Part shown: positions 57,801-64,000 of the stretch, piece after piece | How positions within the stretch are numbered: position 1 is the first letter of the stretch | Layout of the letters: every line of letters starts with the position of its first letter | DNA from: Calditrichia bacterium | GTDB lineage: Bacteria > Calditrichota > Calditrichia > RBG-13-44-9 > J075 | DNA length: 64,000 bases | Assembly (NCBI GenBank): GCA_050633245.1 | Contig: JBOEGD010000011.1 | Coordinates: 288,001 to 352,000, forward strand | Reading direction: 5' to 3' | The notes under the pieces: generated by a model | Seen by the model: only the letters and a program-made list of their open reading frames with translations | The model's database searches: none | What the model was told of the DNA's origin: nothing | Program-made: the position numbers and the translations under genes

Positions 57801-60800
57801 CTAACGTTTAGAGATTAGACCGCTAAAACTTATGGTTGTTCCGCCTCCGCCCGAAGATTCAATTGCAACCTCACCTCCGATCAAGTCAGCCCGTTGTTTC
57901 ATATTAGATAATCCGTTACCAGTGGCACCGGAGTTGGGATTGAAACCGACCCCATTGTCGCTCAGGCTCATTTTGAGTTCTCCTTTACGCACAGAGGCCT
58001 TCAGGTGAATTAAGCTACAGCGGCTGTATTTTATGGCGTTATTCAAGGCTTCTTTAAAGATCAGAAACAGATGTTGGCGGTGTTCCATTGGCAGGCTTAC
58101 TGTCTGAAGATCGGGTAGGTTTTCTGCCCTAAAGGCGATGTCCAATTGGCCCAGCAGCTCGGAATTGGTATCTTGCAGCCGTAAGATAAGATCGTGCAGC
58201 GAATCGCGGCGAGGATTTACCAGCCAGACAATATCGCTCATGCTGTCTATCAGGTTACGGCTGGTATCGCTAATTCTCTGTAGACTGCTACTTGTTTTAG
58301 CGTCCAGACCGGGACGCCTCGCGATTACTTCGCTGAGAATTGCAACCTCGGTAAGGTTAGCTCCGATGTCATCATGCAGATCTGCGGCTAACTTAGTTCG
58401 TAATCGCTCTACTTTTAATAATTGCTTTACATGATAAGACACAACAAGTGCAATTAAGCCACCGATAAACAAAACGGACATTGTCATGAACCACCAGCTT
58501 TTCCAAAATGGAGGCGCTATGTTTATCTGTAGAATAGTCTCATTTTTTACCCAAAGGCCGTCGCTGTTTTTTCCCTTCACTCTCAGGCGATAACTTCCGG
58601 GATCTATGTTCGTGTACGTTACGAAGGGGCGATTTCGGTTGAAAATCCAGTCGCTGTCAAAACCCTCTAATTGATAAGCATACTGATTTTTCGCAGGAAG
58701 ACGATAATCCGGTAAAGCAAATTCCACCGAAAACGAGTTTTGATTAGGACCTAAGGTAAGAGCAGAGGAGCTATGCATAGCATCCGAGACGCTCTCTATC
58801 ATTTTTTGATTTAGAGAATCAGATGCATTCAATATCGAAAAATTGCTGATGACCACCTCTGGAGGAGCATCAAACTGATTGCTCTTTGAGCTCTCAAACT
58901 CGACAACTCCGTTTGTCGTTCCAAAGAAGAGACGGTCTTTGTTGGCATTTTGGTGTCCGGCTCCCCAAAAAAAACGAGTTTCCGGCAAGCCGTCTCGCTC
59001 ATCGTAATTACGTGCTGTTTCTGTTCTTGGGTCGAACTCACAAAGTCCGTCATTCGTGCTAATCCATAGCCGCTGATTGGCACTCCCACAAATTGCATAA
59101 ACCACATTGTCTGGTAAGCCGTCCTGAAGCGTGAAGTGTGTTATTTGAGATGTACCATCTTCAGCAATTATGATACGATTTAAGCCGCCGCCATGCGTGC
59201 CAATCCATATGACATAATCTGAGTTACTTTGATCTTCATACAGCGCCGTAATGCGATTGTCGCCAATTGTGTTTGGATTATCGTAGTTCGCGAGGTAGCG
59301 CTTAAAATTCAGCGTTGTCGGAGCTTCAGACAACCTTGTTGTAGAACGGTTCAGTCCATGCCATGTTCCCACCCAAAGATAGCCATGCTTATCTCGTAAG
59401 ATCGAATTTGATTGAACGCGGTTGTCACTGAGTGAGCTGCTGTCTTTCTCGCTGTATGAGGCAGTTAGAATAATATCTCCCGCCAGGTTCATACATTCAA
59501 GCCCCTGATCTGTCCCCAGCCACATTACACGCGTACTATTCACTGAATCGGGCAGTATATCCAGGACAACTTTCGAACGCAGTTGATCTTTATACTGTAT
59601 CGATTCCCAGTTTCGTCTATCGGTATTTACTTTCAGATTTGGATAGCGGATTCGGAAAACTCCTCCACCCCAGGTTGCTACCCAAAACTCACTTTTGTTG
59701 TATGCCGTAATGCCGGTAATTGCAGGTTGATCCTGATTGGAAAAGACGTTTTGCAGTGGACTAACAGTTTTTCCCGTATCTCGGTCTAAGCCGATCAAAC
59801 CATTCAGCATAGTGCCAATCCAGAGAAAGTTGCCAGTCATCGCTTTATGCGCATAAAGCGATCGAACAGCATCTGCCTCAGAAGATGCGGCATGGAGTTG
59901 GCCAGACTGGTAAAAGGCGAAGCGCTTCCGAGGTCGTGTTAGCTTCGCTAACCCCTCTTGTTGTAGTCCTGCCCAAATATTTCCGGAACGATCGATGGCA
60001 AGTGCCTGAAGCCTTTGTTGAGATAAATATCGAACGATGCTTCCGGCGTCATTCTTCGCTAATTGGTAAAGACCCGTTAGAGTGGCAATCCAAAGATTCT
60101 CGGACTGCTCTTGACCATGATTTTTATGAGAAGTGATGCCGGTGATAATTTCCTTGGGAAGCAGGGGAGAGGCAATACTGCTCTCCGCTTGCCCGGGAGT
60201 ATAGCGAAACAAGCCTTCGGTTGTGCCAATCCAAACCAACCCATTCGTATCTTCATGCAGGCTCGTGGGTGTCGGCAAAGGAAGGTTTAAAATGTGTTGT
60301 TCAGTGGAATTGTTCAGGTTAGATGGCTTAAGACAAAGCACACCTTTCTTTTGTACTGCAATCCAAAGGTCATTATTGCTTGCAAGGAGCACTGAACGTA
60401 TATGGCCCTCTGTGACAAGGGGATGTGGTTGAAAATTGCCTGCCCGGTCTTTCTGAAAAATTCCTGCTCCGCTTGTTCCGGCAAGCAGGCCATTTTGTGG
60501 GTCATAATGCAAAGCTGTAATTGCGAGCGTGTCCAGCTGAGAAGTCGAAGTAGCTGCGACGTGAACGCGCTGAAACTGATCCTGAGGTGGTGACAAACAG
60601 CTGATTGTCCCTCGTGATGAGCCAATCCATATTCTGCCTGTGGCGTCTTCTGCAATAGAAAACACAAGATTGTCGGCGATGGAAGATGAATTGCGTCTGT
60701 CGTGAATGTAGTTCGTAAAACCGGTACCGTTGTAACGATAGAGCCCGTTATCCGTACCTATCCAGAGGATTCCCCTTGAATCCTGCAGAATGCAAAAGAT

Positions 60801-60953
60801 TGAATTCGGTGAGCGCCGATCCTGCATCGGCAAGATGGTTGTTTTCCAATCGCTGGAATACAGTGACGATGCGAGAGCTGAATGTAATATGAGTAGTAAG
60901 AGGAAACGCTTGATTGAGTAAGAGAGCTTGCTTGTAGCAATATCACGATGCAC
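57801..60953 (-). CDS. Sensor histidine kinase with periplasmic two-component beta-propeller, Y_Y_Y domain, TM and HisKA_3
   Basis: Repeats QDSRGILWIGTDNGL, EDTNGLVWIGT, WVGTWHGL; YAYQLEGFDSDW...YTNIDPGSYRLRVK; PPFWKSWWF; LAADLHDDIG; DNGVGF, GNGL. The start is uncertain; GTG at 60953 is preferred because a TTGACA at 61054-61049 lies inside the longer ORF. Confidence 0.92.
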   Translation of the reverse strand: MHRDIATSKLSYSIKRFLLLLILHSALASSLYSSDWKTTILPMQDRRSPNSIFCILQDSRGILWIGTDNGLYRYNGTGFTNYIHDRRNSSSIADNLVFSIAEDATGRIWIGSSRGTISCLSPPQDQFQRVHVAATSTSQLDTLAITALHYDPQNGLLAGTSGAGIFQKDRAGNFQPHPLVTEGHIRSVLLASNNDLWIAVQKKGVLCLKPSNLNNSTEQHILNLPLPTPTSLHEDTNGLVWIGTTEGLFRYTPGQAESSIASPLLPKEIITGITSHKNHGQEQSENLWIATLTGLYQLAKNDAGSIVRYLSQQRLQALAIDRSGNIWAGLQQEGLAKLTRPRKRFAFYQSGQLHAASSEADAVRSLYAHKAMTGNFLWIGTMLNGLIGLDRDTGKTVSPLQNVFSNQDQPAITGITAYNKSEFWVATWGGGVFRIRYPNLKVNTDRRNWESIQYKDQLRSKVVLDILPDSVNSTRVMWLGTDQGLECMNLAGDIILTASYSEKDSSSLSDNRVQSNSILRDKHGYLWVGTWHGLNRSTTRLSEAPTTLNFKRYLANYDNPNTIGDNRITALYEDQSNSDYVIWIGTHGGGLNRIIIAEDGTSQITHFTLQDGLPDNVVYAICGSANQRLWISTNDGLCEFDPRTETARNYDERDGLPETRFFWGAGHQNANKDRLFFGTTNGVVEFESSKSNQFDAPPEVVISNFSILNASDSLNQKMIESVSDAMHSSSALTLGPNQNSFSVEFALPDYRLPAKNQYAYQLEGFDSDWIFNRNRPFVTYTNIDPGSYRLRVKGKNSDGLWVKNETILQINIAPPFWKSWWFMTMSVLFIGGLIALVVSYHVKQLLKVERLRTKLAADLHDDIGANLTEVAILSEVIARRPGLDAKTSSSLQRISDTSRNLIDSMSDIVWLVNPRRDSLHDLILRLQDTNSELLGQLDIAFRAENLPDLQTVSLPMEHRQHLFLIFKEALNNAIKYSRCSLIHLKASVRKGELKMSLSDNGVGFNPNSGATGNGLSNMKQRADLIGGEVAIESSGGGGTTISFSGLISKR

Positions 60954-61234
60954 GGGAACCTGCTTGTTAAAAATTGCGGTTATTCGGCACGACAAAAGCG
61001 GAATTGAATGAAGTATAATGTAAAAATATGTATTTTCCAGAAGTAATATGTCAAGGAAAAAGCGATAAATTGAAGAGGCTCGGGTATTTTTGCCATTAAA
61101 AAAATGTATTGTGAATCCGTCCCATTGATCAAATAGCAACACCTCAGAAGAATTATCTTTCTCCGTGCCTTGTCAGAGGTACAGATTAACCTATGCTGCC
61201 AATCTGAAATTGCAATGAAGCGCATTGAGGCTCT

Positions 61235-62029
61235 TTGATGATATTATTTTCTATTACCTCAGGATCACCTTATAAAACATCCTGGTTAGGCCGATTTATT
61301 TTCCTTTGTATTATTCTCGCGGGCATCGCCGCATTTGTCTTCTATAAGTATGATGAACCCGTTCCGTCTGGCAAAAGTGGTCTCGCAGCAGATCTTCTTG
61401 CACGAAAGATTATGATGTCTGTCTATCATGATAATTGGGAACGTACCGGGGCTATTAGCTGGAACTTTGACAATCAGAGATTTCACATCTGGGATAGAAA
61501 CCGTAATTATGCCAAGGTCAGCTGGGATGAATATGAAGTCCTGATTAATCTGTCTGACAAACGAGGTATCGCAATGGAATCCGGTAAAAGAATGGGTTTC
61601 AATGATACCAAAAAAAAGCTCGAAGAAGCATGGGCGTTCTGGATTAATGATTCTTTCTGGTTGAATCCTGTCTCAAAGATGTTTGATGCCGGCACGTCGC
61701 GAAGAGTTGTACCTGTTGTAGGCGCTGAAGGCCTACTGGTTACCTATCGCTCCGGAGGTCTTTCACCCGGAGATTCCTATTTGTGGCTTACCGATTCAGA
61801 TGGACTTCCGAAAGCCTGGAAAATGTGGACTGAAAAGATTCCGTTAGGTGGTGTTGAGGCAACGTGGGACAATTGGGTCACGCTTTCAACAGGTGTTCGT
61901 ATCGCGACGCAACACGAAACATCTCTTTTTACAATTCATTTGAAAGATGTGGAAGGAGCGACCTCAATTGAAGAGTTGATTCCGGGTGAAGATCCGTTCG
62001 CTTCCTTAGTCAGTACAACCGGAAACTGA
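61235..62029 (+). CDS. Membrane-anchored hypothetical protein
   Basis: One TM, then Trp-rich beta region (HIWDR, WINDSFWL, PGDSYLW, PKAWKMW); start uncertain. Confidence 0.72.
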   Translation: MMILFSITSGSPYKTSWLGRFIFLCIILAGIAAFVFYKYDEPVPSGKSGLAADLLARKIMMSVYHDNWERTGAISWNFDNQRFHIWDRNRNYAKVSWDEYEVLINLSDKRGIAMESGKRMGFNDTKKKLEEAWAFWINDSFWLNPVSKMFDAGTSRRVVPVVGAEGLLVTYRSGGLSPGDSYLWLTDSDGLPKAWKMWTEKIPLGGVEATWDNWVTLSTGVRIATQHETSLFTIHLKDVEGATSIEELIPGEDPFASLVSTTGN

Positions 62030-62332
62030 GGTTTCTTCTAAGAAAGTTTCCGTTTGGGTTGTTGTGACTATACGCAACATAAACCATTAGTTTTTGTGCA
62101 TTTTTAAGCTGTTCGTCATTGGGATGTGAGGCCCGCTGCCTTCTCTTTCGAATCTCTCGAAAACTTTGCGTGCTTCCTCATTAGAAACCAGATCACTTTA
62201 CTTTTATCGGGATGATTTCTTCCCGAGCCTTTGCATTAAATATTCGGTAATTTTCGCAGGTCAGGGAAAAGGACTGAGGACCTGCTGTATTTATTATTTT
62301 ACTCAAGAAAGAATCTATAAGGAGAAGCACAA

Positions 62333-63208
62333 ATGAGGTTATTATTTACGGCATCCAAAGCCACCTTTTCACTTTTGGCACTTCTGGTATTTGCAAGTAG
62401 CTGCGCCAGTATTGGTGGCTCGGGAGTGCGTAAACAACTCAACGATATAAATACCCGCCTCGAGAAGTTGGATAAGCAGGTCGCGAATGCGAACAAGAAG
62501 ATCGCGTCCATGGAATCAGATTTTGGTTCTACATCCAAAAAGGTTAAGACTCTCGAGTCGACGTTAAATGCAAATAATGAAGATGCCTATTTGAAGGTCG
62601 TTGTGCCGATTCTGAATATTCGCACGAATCCCACGACTGTTAACAGTAATATTATTGCGAAAGCCAAGCAGGGTGCCTACCTGCGTCTGATTAGCGAAGT
62701 TGTTGGAGATTCCAAATGGATACAGGTGGAATTCCTGATCGACAACTACCCGTATCTCGGGTATGTTATAAACAATCCGGAATTCGTTCAGGAAGAAGTT
62801 CATGACCCGCTAACATTTAATCGCCTGTATAATCGCAAGCTGATCCGCCACATGTGGGAAACTGAGATTGCATTGGAATTGCGTTCCAAGAAGGTTAAAA
62901 CAGTTGGCGTTTATGTAAAAGCGGTTGAGTCTCATCGTGCGGATCGTTTTCTTGGCCATCTGGCTCAGAAATTTCGCGATCATAAAATCTACATCAAGCC
63001 GATTACCAGCTTTGACATAAACAAGGTGTCGGATATTTGCAAGAAAAACAAAGTGCAGAGCATGATGTCTGTCGAGTTTGAAGAGACTAATGAGGATGCC
63101 TTGCCGCAACTCGATATCAAGCTATTCGACAATAACAGTTTAATTCTTTATTCGGCGCTGGTACCTCTCCAGCCAATGGAATTACCTGCCAACCTGGGTA
63201 GAAAATAA
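62333..63208 (+). CDS. Lipoprotein with coiled coil and bacterial SH3 (SH3b) domain
   Basis: Lipobox ASS-C; heptad segment LNDINTRLEKLDKQVANANKKIASMES; LNIRTNP...IIAKAKQG...WIQV...GYV; AAGGAG RBS. Confidence 0.75.
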   Translation: MRLLFTASKATFSLLALLVFASSCASIGGSGVRKQLNDINTRLEKLDKQVANANKKIASMESDFGSTSKKVKTLESTLNANNEDAYLKVVVPILNIRTNPTTVNSNIIAKAKQGAYLRLISEVVGDSKWIQVEFLIDNYPYLGYVINNPEFVQEEVHDPLTFNRLYNRKLIRHMWETEIALELRSKKVKTVGVYVKAVESHRADRFLGHLAQKFRDHKIYIKPITSFDINKVSDICKKNKVQSMMSVEFEETNEDALPQLDIKLFDNNSLILYSALVPLQPMELPANLGRK

Positions 63209-63232
63209 GTCTTTTTTACTTCCTCTTTTCTT

Positions 63233-63269
63233 AAAGGGTCGCATCGAATATCGGTGCGACCCTTTTTTT
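63233..63269 (+). terminator. Intrinsic terminator
   Basis: AAAGGGTCGCATCGA-ATA-TCGGTGCGACCCTTTTTTT. Confidence 0.85.
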
Positions 63270-63500
63270 GTTTGCTCCTTACAGTTCTTCGTGCTTATGT
63301 TGTCAGCTGATTTCACGCCCTGAACAAATCATCTCGCCCAATGCAAATCGTTTGGTTTCCATTTATTCAAGACCAATGTGTATTGCAATTTGTATTGTGA
63401 CATTGGCCAGTCTTGCTGGTCTATATCGGTAATAGTGATATAAAATCGCCCAAACCAATAATAGCAGTGCTTATTAATTATTTAATGTAGAGGAGTTTTT

Positions 63501-64000
63501 ATGGAACAGTATTTGGTAATGGCGCAGGAATTGGTTACCAATTTTGGCGTTAAGTTCGTTACTGCCGTTGCAGTTTTTATTATCGGTCGATGGGTTGCCA
63601 GAGTGATGAGTAAAGGCATTACCCGCTTGATGGAGAAAAACAACATTGACACCACGCTTGTACGTTTCGTGTCAAATTTGGTATATTTTGCGCTGTTAAC
63701 AATAGTCGTTCTCGCTGCACTTGGTCAGTTGGGGATTCAAACGACATCATTTGTTGCCATTATTGGTGCCGCCGGTTTGGCTATTGGCCTTGCACTTCAG
63801 GGATCCTTATCCAATTTTGCTTCAGGCGTTCTGCTCATCTTGTTTCGTCCTTTTAAGGTGGACGACCTGGTTGAAGCGGGTGGCGCACTTGGTGTAATCA
63901 AAGAAATCTCGATCTTTACAACTACTCTGCTTACGGTGGATAATAAGACTGTTATTGTGCCAAACTCGAAGATGACGGCAGACAATATTACCAATTATAC
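63501..64000 (+). CDS. mscS: Small-conductance mechanosensitive channel, 3'-truncated (absent from the ORF track)
   Basis: Manual translation from the ATG at 63501 (AGGAG RBS) gives LGIQTTSFVAIIGAAGLAIGLALQGSLSNFASGVLLILFRPFKVDD...TVDNKTVIVPNS. Confidence 0.93.
   Translation, partial: MEQYLVMAQELVTNFGVKFVTAVAVFIIGRWVARVMSKGITRLMEKNNIDTTLVRFVSNLVYFALLTIVVLAALGQLGIQTTSFVAIIGAAGLAIGLALQGSLSNFASGVLLILFRPFKVDDLVEAGGALGVIKEISIFTTTLLTVDNKTVIVPNSKMTADNITNY

Noticed and set aside
63373-63418. CCAATGT...ACATTGG inverted repeat and TTGGC..TTGC upstream of mscS
   Set aside because: The 7-bp arms with a long spacer could be chance, and the sigma54 spacing is wrong (8 nt).
1-64000. tRNA, rRNA, CRISPR arrays and known riboswitches
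   Set aside because: Intergenic gaps are at most about 300 nt and show no such signatures by eye; an Infernal/tRNAscan run would be needed to exclude small RNAs.

Overview
Bacterial chromosomal segment (roughly mid-40s % GC by eye), densely coding, with about 49 CDS. I found no rRNA, tRNA, CRISPR array, integrase or transposase. The gene repertoire (FCB-type HU/IHF protein, accB-accC-gcvH, a propeller/Y_Y_Y kinase, a 'YPNPFN' C-terminal sorting domain) points to the FCB superphylum, possibly Calditrichota; this is inference. Housekeeping genes include birA, coaX, mutS, bamD, nadD, accB, accC, gcvH, mltG, pcrA/uvrD, purD, uvrB, fbaB and a truncated mscS. They are interleaved with transporters, three sensor kinases and several envelope TPR or beta proteins. 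The most interesting observations are: (1) an overlapping operon of a nucleosidase-fold protein, a spore-photoproduct-lyase-like radical SAM enzyme that appears to lack the H-donor Cys, and a sensor kinase; (2) a membrane transglutaminase carrying an unrecognised ungapped 122-aa tandem domain, next to a MoxR ATPase and a large exported helical protein; (3) nadD, whose catalytic N-terminus has no ATG/GTG/TTG start and apparently uses CTG overlapping the bamD stop; (4) a CADD/CT610-type self-sacrificing pABA synthase with all key residues; (5) a dead-GGDEF / REC-DUF4388 / degenerate UshA-like CxC cluster; and (6) a sensor-regulator-amylase cassette with a candidate palindromic operator. All calls come from motif reading; no searches were run.
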